From Octopus vulgaris (taxonomy: Eukaryota), in contig OX597822.1 of NCBI GenBank assembly GCA_951406725.2, positions 101,184,001-101,248,000 on the forward strand: a stretch of DNA of 64,000 bases. Reading direction: 5' to 3'. The translations under genes were made by a program, and so were the position numbers. Of this stretch, positions 1-13,731 are shown piece after piece (positions within the stretch are counted from its first letter, which is position 1; each line of letters opens with the position of its first letter). Below the pieces are notes generated by a model that did not search any database, was not told where the DNA came from, and was given only the letters and a program-made list of their open reading frames with translations.

Positions 1-298
1 CATTTTTGGAAATTGCTAGAATCAAAACAGAAATGAATAGTAATTGTATTGTGGAGCATGATTTCAATTTTACAGAAATCAGTGTTTATTTGATTGTATG
101 CTAAAGTACTTTTGTAAAACTAAAATTTTGTTTGTATTCTCTCTCCAGCAGCATATTTTCTGTCACAGACATACATATGCACGCTGCTCCCTCCACAGCT
201 TCTGATTATAAAACGCCATTAAAAGCGTTGTCTCACAAAGGCTCTCAAAATATGAGTCATTTAGGCTCCATGTCCAAGAAATGTACGTAACACCGCCC

Positions 299-332
<34 letters not shown>

Positions 333-531
333 ATGTATGTTGTTTATTCGCATACCTGACAACCCTGGCTGCCAACCGTGAAATATAAAATATTTTTCAG
401 CTTCGATACGGGAAAAATTCACAACCTTCCACCCCAATAAACCACTATTGTTCCTGAAAATTGTTGTTTTATATTTACTAAAGATTGCTTGAAGCTCACT
501 TTCTTCCTACAGTTCGATCCTTGCATCTTAA

Positions 532-574
<43 letters not shown>

Positions 575-822
575 GATATATATGTATATCTTTCTCTCTT
601 TCTCTCTCTCTATTTATAATGTTGAATCGAATTGATTTTATTATTATTATCTATCTGAAAATATAGCCATGAAACGTACGTAGTCTTTTTACTACTATTT
701 ACTATTTATTGTACTATATTGATTTTTAAAATAAGTTTTTTTTTATAGTCTATGTTTTCTATATGGTGTGAATAACATTCTTCTTTATTGAATTGTTTAA
801 TAGTGGTTTTTCTCTAAATTAT

Positions 823-853
<31 letters not shown>

Positions 854-856
854 CAG

Positions 857-893
<37 letters not shown>

Positions 894-1791
894 GATATAT
901 ATATATACATATACATATACACTCCTCATTCCCCCTTTTTATCTTTGCAGATTCTAGCTGGTACTTCAAATTTGTTTACATGTTATCATTATTTTCATTT
1001 CAGTAGCAAAATTCATGGCGATTTAACAAAAGTAGTCTGACTCATTTGGAGTTGCTCTACAGCATCAACTTATTATTTTCATCAATCCTCTGGACAGACT
1101 GAATGTACCTATCTGAGAGCTCCTGCCAGACTGAGCAGGATGCTGTTGTTTTCTTACCTTTGCTGGTGAATTATATTGTCATTCTGTAGATTGTGCCAGG
1201 AGAAATCCCAAGGTTTTTTTGCAATCTTACGTTGGCTAAGTTCACTCTCAGATTTACTCACAATGCACCTTCACTGAAAATCTTTTGCGTCTGGTATTCC
1301 CAGCATGGCTAATTGCTATAAACAATAATTATTCTACTGTAATCTAAAATGTAAAAGAATAACACATTAACAAATTTGATGTATCAAGATGTGTCCGTAC
1401 AGATAAAGCGGTGTAACCAGAGGAGTGTCTATTTACTTTGGGATGTCTGTGTACATACATGCATACACACGTTCATTCATTCATCCATACATACGTTTAG
1501 GTATATGTTTGTGTGTGCGCCTTTGTGTTTTGTTTTTTTTCTTCTCGATACCGTTTGACAAACAATGTTGGTTTGTTAACATCCCCACAACATGCCGGAT
1601 CAGCAAAAACGAAGGCGATACTGTAAGTACTATATTTTAAATAAAATGAGTATTGAATTAATTTGGTTAAATGAACTTCTCCAGGTGATACTTCTGCCTG
1701 GACGCAGTCAAATGATTGAAGCGAATAAGGGTACATATATCTACATAAGTTCTATATAAATGTGTGTGTATATATATGAGATCAAACAGAA

Positions 1792-1888
<97 letters not shown>

Positions 1889-1939
1889 TATATAATATAT
1901 ATATATATACATACATATATATATAATATATATATATAT

Positions 1940-1972
<33 letters not shown>

Positions 1973-2010
1973 CATACATATATATATAATATATATATAT
2001 ATATACATAC

Positions 2011-2081
<71 letters not shown>

Positions 2082-2089
2082 TGTGTGAA

Positions 2090-2421
2090 GGCGCGTGGCT
2101 CAGTGGTTAGAGCGTCGAGCTTACGATCGTGAGGCTGTGAGCTCGAATCCCGGACCGGGCTGCGTGTTGTGTTCTTGAGCAAGACACTTTATTTCACGTT
2201 GCTCCAGTTCACTCAGCTGTAGAAATGAGTTGCGACGTCACAGGTGCCAAGCTGTATCGGCCCTTGCCTTTCGCTTGGACAACATCGGTGACGTGGAGAG
2301 GGGAGGCCGGTATGCATGGGCGACAGCTGGTCTTCCATAAAACAACCTTGCCCAGACTTGTGCCTCAGAGGGTAACTCTCTAGGTGCAAACCCATGGTCA
2401 GTGTCTGACCGAAGGGGGTCA
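2090..2421 (+). mobile_element. tRNA-derived SINE, family A
   Basis: A-box TGGCTCAGTGG, B-box-like GCTCGAATCCC, ACG anticodon-like loop, then CORE-like GTGTTCTTGAGCAAGACACTTT. A near-identical copy lies at 26797-27130. Confidence 0.85.
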
Positions 2422-3579
2422 CCACCATATGAGATTAAACATAACTTTATATATATATATGTATACATAGGTCTGTTTGGTTTGTGTCTAACCTGGGGAT
2501 AAACGGTAACCACAACAATGAAATTGTATATGTACATTTACTACGATATATATAAAATTATATTGTGATGTATATCTTAACTTTTGAATTGTACACCTTT
2601 TCTTTCACTGTAAAATTCTATTCCATTACTAATCATATGTTAGGAGAACACAGAGGACGTTATGCTAAGCTAAAAGATGAATACAACCACAACATTCCTA
2701 CCGTCTGTCAAGTTCTTCGTTATAACTTCGTGCTTCTTTAAATTTATGCTCATACATAGTCACACATCTGTAGACATGCTTGTTTATAAGCGTGCATAAT
2801 TAAACAAGACAAATCAACGCAACCGTTAGTTCTTTAATTAGTAAAATTTGTTTTTTAATTAGGTAGAAATGGAAAAACAAAAATTAACCTGTGTCTAGTT
2901 CCGAGAAAATTGCTGATTAGAATTTAGAGCGAAATTTAAAAAAAATTTTGTTATTCTGTGCATTATATCAATATGATTCTTCTATGCAGAATATGTGAAT
3001 ATGCAACCAAAAAATAATAATATAAAAACCAGGTCTAAGGTTTGAGTACTAAATCATATCTAAACTCCTCCACCAGTTAATACTGTGAAGGCGGAGCTCA
3101 TATCAAACCAGCTAAGATAACGAACAGCCTTCTCTGGCTGTGTGTACTTTACAAAATTTAAACATTAAAATAAATATTTCCATGATTAGAATATTCTAAA
3201 CTGCTATTTATACAACGAAAATGAGATTGATAGCCATTCAGAATAGCTGTGTCAATATTTGCATTTAAAAATATCAAACACTTTTTAAAGAATCTATTTA
3301 GATTTAAAATTGTCGGGGAGACGAATTTTGCCTTAATCATTCGTCATTATTAAAATGCAGCTAATCTAACATCATTCATATGATGGTGAAGGTAAAGAAA
3401 CAGCCACCTGATAAATAAGTCATTTGTTTCTTTATTCAGTCCTGATGAATTAACGTAGTTGAAGTCCTTCTCATAATTGGCAATTTGTCATTTTAATTTT
3501 TCTCGTTACAGAATATTTGCATTATTAATGTGTTGCCACACTGCCTACAAACGCTAAGAGCTGCATTATTACCTACAAA

Positions 3580-3615
<36 letters not shown>

Positions 3616-3820
3616 ATATGTGTATATATATATACATACACAGACATATGTGTATATACACATATACACACACAAACATAATATATATGCACACATGATT
3701 ATATATGCACATATATTTATATTTATATATCCACATATTTGTTTTTATTTATCTAGTTTCAGCTCACAAGCTGTAGCCATGCTGGGGCACCGCCATTTGG
3801 TGTTGCTACATGATTTTACT

Positions 3821-6771
3821 TCACGAATGCTTTTTAGCAATTGCCATTTGGTGCATGAGAGAGTTCGATGCAGCTGCCCTCATCTGCACCTCCTGCCGTG
3901 AAGTTGGTTCATCTGAGATACCTGACAAGAAGAGATCTAGTTTCATTTTAAAGACATCTGCATCCACCCAATGCAGGTCTCTTAGGTTCTTCGGGAGGAT
4001 ATTGAAGAGCTGTGGGCCTCGGAAGCCCAGGCTATCACAGTATCTTGTCCTACATCTTGATGACAAATTTGGAGTCCTTGGCACTATGCAGTGGCGCCCA
4101 GTTCTGGCATTCGTGTAACTCTCGATGCCAAAGTTTGGGAAAAGTCCTTCTAGGATCTTCCAGATGTATATTATGGCATATCTTTCTCGCCTACGCTCTA
4201 AGGAATAGAGTCTCAATCTCTTGAGTCTTTCCGAATAGCTTATATGCTGCACAGAGGCTATCTTCTTCGTGTAGCTTTGTTGGATCGCCTCAAGTTCTGT
4301 GATTAACTTGACACTGGATGGTGACCATAGCTGAGAGCAATAGTCAATGTGGCATAGGACAAGTGTCCTCCAGAGGACCATCATGGTTTCCTGGTCTCTT
4401 GTTCTGAAGGTTCTAAGAAGCCATCCGGTCAACCGCCTACATTTCATTGCCAATTTAGCAACATGCACATGAAAGGTTGCATCATCACTCATATAAATAC
4501 CCAGGTCTCGCACTGATTGTGCCTCTGGGATTGCAGTCCCTCCAGGTCCAGTGTATTTATTGGGTATTGCATTTAGTTTTGCGTGCTGATAGCATAGAGC
4601 TTCAAACTTTTCAGCATTGAACTGCATGCTATTCTTTTCAGCCCACTTGTATATTTTGTCTAGCTCACATTGCAGGTGCTTAGTGTCTTCAGGGTTCTGT
4701 ATTGCCTGTGAAACTTTTGTATCATCTGCATAACTTGTGATCGTGGCTCTCTGCGTGGCTGAGGGCATGTCTGAGCGGGCCATTATGAACAGTAGTGGTC
4801 CCAAAACAGTGCCCTGCGGGACACCGCTCACTATTTGCGTGTTAGTGGAAGTGGCCCCATTGGCTACTACCACCTGACTTCTATCCTTCAGAAAGTCATG
4901 AAGCCATTCTCCCAATTTTCCAACTATGCCAAGGTCACGCAGTTTGTGACATATCATTCCATGATCGACTTTATCAAAGGCCTTTGCAAAGTCGAGATAT
5001 ATGACTTCCACATTTGAGTGGTTGAGCAGTCGTTTCAGCACCCAGTCATAAATTTGTAGGAGCTGAGTTAAGCAGCTTCTTCCTGGTCGGAAACCATGTT
5101 GGGCAGCAAGTAATTTTCTTCAAGGAAGGTGATTAGTTTCCTTCTGACTATTCGTTCCATGACCTTGCTGATGTGTGAGGTCAGAGAGACAGGTGTGTAG
5201 TTCTTGGCCTCCGCTCTGCTACCTCCTTTATGAATAGGGCATATTTTACCTTCCTTCAGTTTTCTTGGAAGTTTGCCAGTTGCAAGGAAGCTCTGAAAGA
5301 GGAACTGCAGTGGTCTTGCTAGGACTCTCTTCCATAATTTTAGAAGGATTGCTGGGAATCCATCTGGGCCAGTAGCTGAGTTTGTTTTCATTTCATCAAG
5401 AGCCTTTATTACATCGTCTTCCTTTATATTGATGTAATCAATCATCGCTGCCTCCGATTTTATATCTGCAGTGGTAAAGAAGTCAGTTGGATTGCTGACT
5501 TGAAAATGCCCAAGGGGTGGCGTGAAAATACTCTTGAATTGCTCATTTAGTATTTCACTTACCCTCATTGGATTTCCTGTGAGTGTACCATCCTTTTCAA
5601 GGAGTGGCCCTATCCTACAGTGCACCATAGCTGTTTCTTTGACATACCAGTAGAAAGCTCTGGGGTCAGATTTTATGTTGTCTATAGCCCAGGCTTCTTT
5701 GTCTGTTCTTTCCTTTTCATGGGAGAGTTGCAGACATTTTTCAATTTCCAAGTTTTATTTTCAGGCAGGACTTTTCACTGCTTTCAATTTGTTTGTTTAG
5801 GCGATTTGAAACTTTTGTACGCCGTCTCATTAGACTTTTCCTCTCTCTGGGATTTTGCTCTTGTGTACAGTGGCCTTTCTCTCTGGGACACATTTGTAGC
5901 ATATGGCTTGCATTACAGACATGAATTCTTGAAGTTTCATGTCGATGTCTGGCGAAGATAGACATTCAGGCCAGTTTTGTTTGAGGATCTCTTTCTCAAT
6001 TTGTTTCCAGTTTGCCTTATGGAAGTTCAAGCTGAAAAGATTCTGAGAGTTTCTTGTAGGCTGCATGTCCATGCTTTCCTTTGGCCCGTACATGGTCAGC
6101 GCTACCATGTTGTGATCCGAGAGTAGTGTCGGTGTCACTTTCACATTATGGATAAGATCCATATTATTTGTGAAGCAGAGATCCAGTGTGTTACCTGCCC
6201 TGGTTGGTTGGAGTATTACTTGCTCCATGTACAGAGTGTTGATGAGGTTCAGGAGGGACCTCACCTGTCCTCGTTCACATCGTGTCATTCCTGGGAGAGA
6301 AAGGCACACGGGCCATCTGACATTGGGTAGATTGAAGTCTCCCATAAGAAGTACACTTATGTGTTGTTCTAATGTGACTAGAACTTCTTCTATTTTTATA
6401 AGGCAGTCTTCAAACTTACCTACATGACTTGGGGCATCTGGAGGGCGATATGTAGCACATATAACTACACCAAGTTGCCTTATATGTACAATTAGTGTGT
6501 CACACACCGAATTTGAGTATGACAAAAGGACCTGGGGCGTGAGGTCCTCACGGATGTACATAGCAACTCCTCCATGACTCCTTTCTTTTCTGTCGGTCCG
6601 TAGTACAACATACTGTGGTATGTGTATTCCCGTATCTGCTATGTCCGGTTTCAGGTGTGTTTCCGTAAGTGCTATGCATAAGGCTTGATTGCATGCAACA
6701 AAGTCTCTCAAGAACGGGATTTTTGTCCTGTTACTGAGTGTTAGCAGTCCTCTGATGTTCAGTAGGAGCAT
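3821..6771 (-). pseudogene. LINE ORF2 (APE endonuclease + reverse transcriptase), broken by frameshifts near 5830, 5750 and 5050-5100
   Basis: APE motifs LNIRGL, ALTETHL, GGVAMY, YRPP, GDFNLP, TLDL, SDHN. RT motifs GPDG, PIHKGG, PVSLTS, YLDFAKAFDKVDH, GVPQGTVLGPLLF, YADD. C-terminal YSLERRRERY. Confidence 0.93.
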
Positions 6772-6803
6772 CGAGGTGAGGTGTATGCTGTTGCCGGCGG
6801 TGT

Positions 6804-7676
6804 TCACCTTGGGTCTATTTGCTGTGGCGGTCTTGTGTATTGTGGATAGTCCCATCTGCGAGTTTGAGTTTGATGGAGCCAGGTTAGCTGCTGTACAATC
6901 TTTTGTGCCATGCAAAAAAAAGATTCTTCTTCAGCAGCTGCCCTTTCAATAACATGTTGGCGGTTTGTAGCACGCACCACATCTGCGTACTTCCGTTTTG
7001 GGGCAGGTGGTGCGTGGTCCATCCCTTTTCCTTTTGGTAGTTGGTTTCTGACCTGTTTCGTGTTTTTGTGGCAGGGTCTTTGATCTGTAAAACGGCAACC
7101 TGCACCTTCCTCTCCATGCCAGCAGACACCTTTCAGGTAGAATTTACACATTCGTGTGCGCTGTCTGTTTCTATCCTTTTTGGTACATGGATAGTCAGGT
7201 TTGCTTGTATCCTTGGCTGTTTAATTTTTTGGTTTTGTTTGAGTTTTAGTTTTTCCTTCTTTGGCTGTTTCATCTTTTGTTTTTCTTTTAGTTTTTCCTC
7301 TTTTTATTTCTATTTTGGCTCTTTCATCTCCATGGCTTTTGGTGCTGGTAGGAGCACTTGCACTTGGGTTTACTTCCTGGGCAGGTTTCTCACTTGAATC
7401 TTCTTCCTGGGTGTCTACCAAGTGGGGGTGACTTCTTTCATCAACACCCGCGTCTCCATCCTTGCCGTCTTTACTTTGTTCGTTGTCAAAGATGGCATCA
7501 AGAGTACCAATGTGAGATCTTATGAGTGCATAGGAGCGTATAAACTCCTGCTTCTTTCGCTCTATCTGAGCTATTGTCCTTTTATATCCACTGCTCTTCA
7601 GCGCAGCTGTAATTATGTTGTTCGGATTATCTCCGTCGGCGCATTGAAGGCTCTCAGGAACAACGCCAATTCGTTA
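6804..7676 (-). pseudogene. LINE ORF1 with a Lys/Glu-rich linker and a CCCH-like zinc finger
   Basis: ORFs 7221-7421 and 6804-7151 share a frame, separated by one TAA, and the frame stays open upstream to about 7676. Motif CKFYLKGVCWHGEEGAGCRFTD. Confidence 0.65.
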
Positions 7677-8366
7677 CTTCTCCAGGTTCTGGACATTTTG
7701 GATATTTTATTTATCTATCTAATTATATTTAAAATGTAATAGTGTGATAGAGGGTAGAAAGAAATAGAGAAAGAAAGTGTCTATGTATTTAGGGAGATTG
7801 AGAGCTGAGAGAAGATAAGAAGAGAGTAAGAGAGGAAAGTTCGCGACTATATATTTAGAAAAATTGAGAGGCTGACAGAGGAAAGATGGTGTGACAGAGA
7901 GAAGTGGAGAAGTAAAGAGACAAGGAAAGATTGAACGACTGAGAGAAGAAAGTTGGTGTGATAGAGAGAAGTGAAGAGACAGAGAGAGAAAGAAAAGAAA
8001 GAGAGGAGGTTACGAAGCTGAAATGGAAAATGAAAGATTAAGAAAATGAAAGATTATTAACAGGAAAGATGAAATAGAAAATGAAAGATTATTAACAGGA
8101 TGTAAATTATAAATATATATACCTGACCGTAGCCACAAACGTTTTCTTCTAAACTAAACTAATTGCGACTGTACTTCTAATGTTCGCGTCTATATATGTT
8201 GAGAGATTGAGGGGCTGAGTAAATATATATATATATAAAGTAACAAATAAATATATGCCTATCTAAAATTGAATAATTTTAGAGAGATGTAAAGGAGCTG
8301 AAACAGAAACCGAAAGATTATTAAAGAATGTAAACTAAACTAATTGCGACTATATCTAATGTTCGC

Positions 8367-8426
<60 letters not shown>

Positions 8427-9430
8427 GAGGTAGAAGAAAGTGAAGAAATAAAGGAATTATTTAATTCTAAACTAATTACGGGAAATAAACATATGAAAGC
8501 GAAACAGAAATTGAAAGAAAGTTATTCTCATAATGTAAACAAAGATGGCGTCGTAAATTGTAACTGAGATGTTAGCTTACATTAAGGAAAAATAAAAAAT
8601 AATAAACAAAAATATGAAAACATTACTTATCATAAAAGGTACAGTCCAAACCCTCGTGCTTGTACGAAGAAGTTTTCTTTCACAACAGAAAAGAAAACAA
8701 TTCTTTTTCCTTCTTACTTTTGGCTGGAGATAAATTAATGACTTGCCACCACTTGCTTTTTCGGCGAAGATTCTAGCATGCGTAACTAACTTTACTGTAT
8801 TATATTTGGCTTCAAGCGAAATATATTGCGTTTTTAATTAATGTATTTTTAATTAATGTATTTTAGTAGACTTTACGAGTTAACAAGTTCTACGTTTTGT
8901 TAATTTTAGTAGATTATTTCGTCGATTTATGCAAACCTTTTTGTTTTTTCACAGAGCAAAAGCAAACACGTCTTTCGTCTACGAAAACCGGAAGTAATAT
9001 ATATATGTGTTTGCATATACATATATTTGTTAGTATATATACGTTCATATATACTTATGTATATTATATATGTATCAAGCGCTTTCTGTGTGTGTGAGTG
9101 TATATATATACATATATATAAATAAGAATAAGATCGTTATTTAAAATACCGATCATATCAAGTGGTTAGCATAGGAATAAAAACATCATAGGTAATAATG
9201 ATTATTAAATATTATTAATATATGTATATATATAAAGTATGGGGGTTTAATTCACAGGTGATCTAAACGATTAGGTACGCTAGGTAAGTGCTGAAACGGA
9301 TTACTAGGGCTCTAAGATTATAGCCGAGACGGTGGTTATGGAGCCATTGCAGATTTCCGATGCAGCGGATATATAATTATATATGACTTGAGATGTTTGC
9401 CTTGCCTTAATGTTTGACGTCCTGTGTAAC

Positions 9431-9496
<66 letters not shown>

Positions 9497-9511
9497 GTAA
9501 ATATATATATG

Positions 9512-9725
9512 GATCGCCATGTTGATTCGCTAGCTTCTGCACGCATTTTTTTCTCTCCTTGTTTCTCTCCGTGTTTCTTTTCTGTGTATCTTTCTGTTGA
9601 AGAGCGTAGGCTCGAAACGTAAAAGACTTGTCTTATTTATATTCCTGAGCGCCATACTAATACAATTGTTTGTTTGTACTCCACCTGCCTTCGTCTTTTG
9701 TTTATTTTCGTAAACCTTCCCGTTA
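9512..9725 (+). mobile_element. Penelope-like 3' terminal (pLTR) fragment inside (TA)n
   Basis: Its start GATCGCCATGTTGATTCG...CTGCACGCATTTTTT matches the sequence downstream of the GIY-YIG ORF at about 28718-28770. It contains a hammerhead-like motif at 9589-9626. Confidence 0.7.
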
Positions 9726-10139
9726 TATATATATATATATATATATTTACATATATATACATATACATATACATATACATACACACAAACACACAACACA
9801 CACTCACAGGTATTATAAGTATTATAAGTAAGGTATCGTTGACATAGTCTACTTGAAATCGTATTGTCCATGTTAAGCATCTAACTATAGCAATGGGTTA
9901 AATTTGAAGTGTTGGTTTACTGAAGGCCGAAAAGTTTTTGATTTAATAACGTATAAACAAATGCAACAGGATATATTTTTCTTATTAAGCAATAAAATTC
10001 GAACAGAAAACTAATTATTGTAACGTACGTTTTGAAAATATTTATTCAAAACATATATTTACTGCAAATGTGCATAGTAAGAAAATTTAATTGGGTTATT
10101 TGAATTATTAGGTTTCACAAAATGAGCGAAACCAGAGTT

Positions 10140-11165
10140 TTTTTCTTTCATAGGTACAAGGGTGCTACTCGATTACATTGACCCTAATATTTGACTGCTT
10201 CCTGTTTTATCGTTCCTGAAGGGACGAAGCGCAAGGTCGACCTCGGTGGAATTTGAGCTCGGAATGTAGAGACAGACGTAGTTCTGTTAAGTAAGCATTT
10301 TCCCTGGTGTGCTAACGATTCTACCAGCTCACTGCCTTTATTTTAGCTTGTAGAAATGGTTTCAACTTTTGGCACAAGGCCTATAATTTCGGAGAGGAAG
10401 TCGATTACATTGACGCCAGTGCTCAATTGGTCCCTATTTTAACGACCACCAAGAGGATGAAAGGAAAGTCGATCTGAACGGAATTTGAACTCAGAGCGTA
10501 TATTCGGGTAAAAATTCTTAGCAGTATTTTTTCAGGTGCGGTAACGATTCTCCCAGCTCATCGCCTTATTTCTTCTTATAATGATGGTTTCAAATTTTGG
10601 CAGAAGGCAGCAATGTCAGGGAGAGGGATTGCGTCAAGTACGTCGACCCAAGTGTTTAAAATGGTGCTTATTTTATTGATCCTAAAAGGGTAAAAGACAA
10701 AGTCCATCTTGGTAGAGTTTGAACAGAGAACGTAAAGATGAACGAAATACCTATTTCTTTATTACCCACAAGGGGCAAAACACAGAGGGGACAAACAAGG
10801 ACAGACAGGTATTAAGTCGATTACATCGACCTCAGTGCGTAACTGGTACTTAATTTATCGACCCCGAAAAGATGAAAGGCAAAGTCGACCTCGACGGAAT
10901 TTGAACTCACAACGTAACGCAGACGAAATACCGCTAAGCATTTCGCCCGGCGTGCTAACGTTTCTGCCAGCTCGCCACCTTCATGAACGAAATACCGCTA
11001 AACAATTTGCCTGGCGTGGTAACGACTCTGCTAGCTCACTGCTTTAATTTTGATATGATAATTCTTTTTACTGAAGACACAAGGCCCAAAATTTGGTGGG
11101 AGGGTTCTAGTCAATTACAACAACCCTAGTGGTCAACTGGTACTTATTTCATCGACCCCGAAAAG
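10140..11165 (-). mobile_element. Cluster of about 6 tandem copies/fragments of SINE family C (best copy 10752-10980)
   Basis: Recurrent GATGAAAGGCAAAGTCGACCTCGGCGGAATTTGAACTC motif, matching copies at 19070-19858, 21233-21630 and 55993-57880. Confidence 0.85.
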
Positions 11166-11573
11166 ACCCCACGTTTCTTAGTGCTAATAGAAAAATGATG
11201 AAATGAACTCTAATTTTTATAAGAAAAGAATTTATTGCCTTAAAATAAAATGAAATAAGATAAAGTGCTCATTTGTTCTATACTTTATGAAACTAATTGC
11301 AATCTACATCATTTAAAACTATCTCTGGAAAACTTCCATTTTAAACGAATGTGTGTTATTGAGAAAGTTAACGTTGGAACATTCACAACAATTTTACGTG
11401 ATTTTACAACATATAGACAACAGACAGCATCATAAACGCCAATAGGTATGATAATATCGTTAAAGAAGAGATCGATATAAATGTGAAGGGTGACATACAC
11501 TATTTATATCCTGCTGAAGGGTTTTTAGTTTATCACTTCATATAACTGAGTCAAAGAACTTGATAGAATTGAA

Positions 11574-12128
<555 letters not shown>

Positions 12129-12265
12129 TTTAATCACCTTTGAAATTGTATGGATATTACCGTACTAAATTCTGATGCCTCAACTTAAGTACCATATTCA
12201 TCTGAATCTAAATTTTTGCTGAACTCATCTACCATACCCAAAGAGTATATATATATATATATATA

Positions 12266-13555
12266 CAGGGTGAGGAAGCAAAATTTACAATATTTTGAGG
12301 CAGTGATTGAAAGACAGTGTATGACCAATTAGTTTATTGAAAGTTATGAGAATTTATTTGCCACAAGAAAATTTACATAATAGAAAATGTTTTTATTCTA
12401 TGTGTCCTCCTTCTTTCTCAATAACTGCCTTCACACGCTTCCTGAAACTTGTACAAGTGTTCCTCCAATATTCGGGAGACAACTTCTCCCATTCTTCTGT
12501 AATAGTATCTTTAAGAGAGTTGACATTGCTGTGTGATGTTCTATTGGTAGTATATTCTAAAACGCCCCAAATAGCATAATCGAGAGGGTTTAGATCTGGG
12601 CTAGAAGGCGGCCATAAACATGATTCCCAAAAATCACTAAAGTTGGATTTGCAGAAATCTTGTATTTAACTGGCTGTGTGGGCTGGAGCACCATCCTGTG
12701 TCCATACATAATTACCATCTGGGTAGTTTGCTTTAAGCCATGGCAATACCTGGTATCTCAGAGTCTTGTAGTAAGTATTAACATTGATCTTTTCATCAGC
12801 TTTGTAGAATTTTATAGGCATTTTCTTTCCATCGGAAGCCACAACACCAAAAGCCATAACTTGAGCAGGATCTTTTGTTTTGAATGTCCCCTTAACCTCA
12901 GCTGTTGATTTTGCAATAAATCTGTCATTTCTGCGGTTCAGAACAGCATTGACAGTGAAGATCTTTTCATCTGAAAAGATTGTTACAATAGAGGACTTTT
13001 TCTTGAACCATGTAAAAATTTTCTTGCACCTCTCCAATCTCTTTTCCTTCATAGCTGTTGTCAACAAATGTTTTGGTGTTCTTGTGTAAGATTTAAACCT
13101 CAAATCATATTTTACTGCATTTCTAATGGTCTTCTTGTCTACCTCAAGTTCAATTGCCATTTTTCTCATGGATTTGGTTGGATCCTTTAGGATTTTGGAT
13201 TTGAGAGCTTTAATAAAAGCTTTGGTACGTTTTTTGTTGATTCCTCCACTTCTAGACTTCCTCGTAATAGTTTTGCTCATAGTCATTCTATTCTTTACAT
13301 TATAAACAGTCTTTATGGACACTCCAACTATCCTTGAAATCTCCTTTGGTGTGACGAGTGCATTCAGCAAAACACACACTCTTTGACGTTTGCTTTCCTG
13401 ATTACTCATATGGGCAAAAGTTTCTGAAAAGGTAAGGATAATAGTGTTAGGTATGAGTATGACATCAGTATATGCTAGGTTTCAAAACAATTGACTTAGT
13501 GCCTCCTGAGAAAAAGCAACTTAACGTTCATTGTAAATTTTGCTTTCTCCCCCTG
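12266..13555 (-). mobile_element. Full-length Tc1/mariner transposon, DD37D (maT) family
   Basis: TIRs CAGGGTGAGGAAGCAAAATTTACAAT and ATTGTAAATTTTGCTTTCTCCCCCTG, TA on both sides, 1290 bp. Confidence 0.92.
12393..13409 (-). pseudogene. DD37D transposase with one premature stop at 12666-12668
   Basis: Motifs FSDEK and WTQDGAPAHT; after the TAA the frame continues IQDFCK...WPPSSPDLNPLDYAIW...GGHIE*. There are 37 positions between the second and third Asp. Confidence 0.9.
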
Positions 13556-13731
13556 TATATATATATATATATATTACATATTTCTCGATAAATTTTGAGC
13601 GTTAGACAATATACCAGAAATCCCTAGTTTTGTCGGGACGTTCTGAGTCTGCGCAGTGATCTGATTAGTTAGAGAGAGCAAATCATTAGAAGCACATGCT
13701 TCTAGTGAGTTAGGATCTCAGAACAACAGGG

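Larger units (their letters stand above)
3745..8400 (-). mobile_element. Near-full-length, degenerate CR1-group non-LTR retrotransposon (5' boundary approximate)
   Basis: Colinear 5' UTR, ORF1, APE endonuclease, RT and a short 3' UTR/A-rich tail on the minus strand. Confidence 0.9.

Noticed and set aside
2090-2162. tRNA gene (also at 26797)
   Set aside because: The cloverleaf is imperfect and runs straight into a repeated SINE body.
1667-2182. Long YIYI/CVCV/LLLL/IYLS ORFs here and throughout the window
   Set aside because: They are translations of (TA)n, (TG)n, (TTA)n and (TATC)n microsatellites.
4012-7739. Plus-strand ORFs over the LINE
   Set aside because: They are antisense shadows of ORF1 and ORF2.
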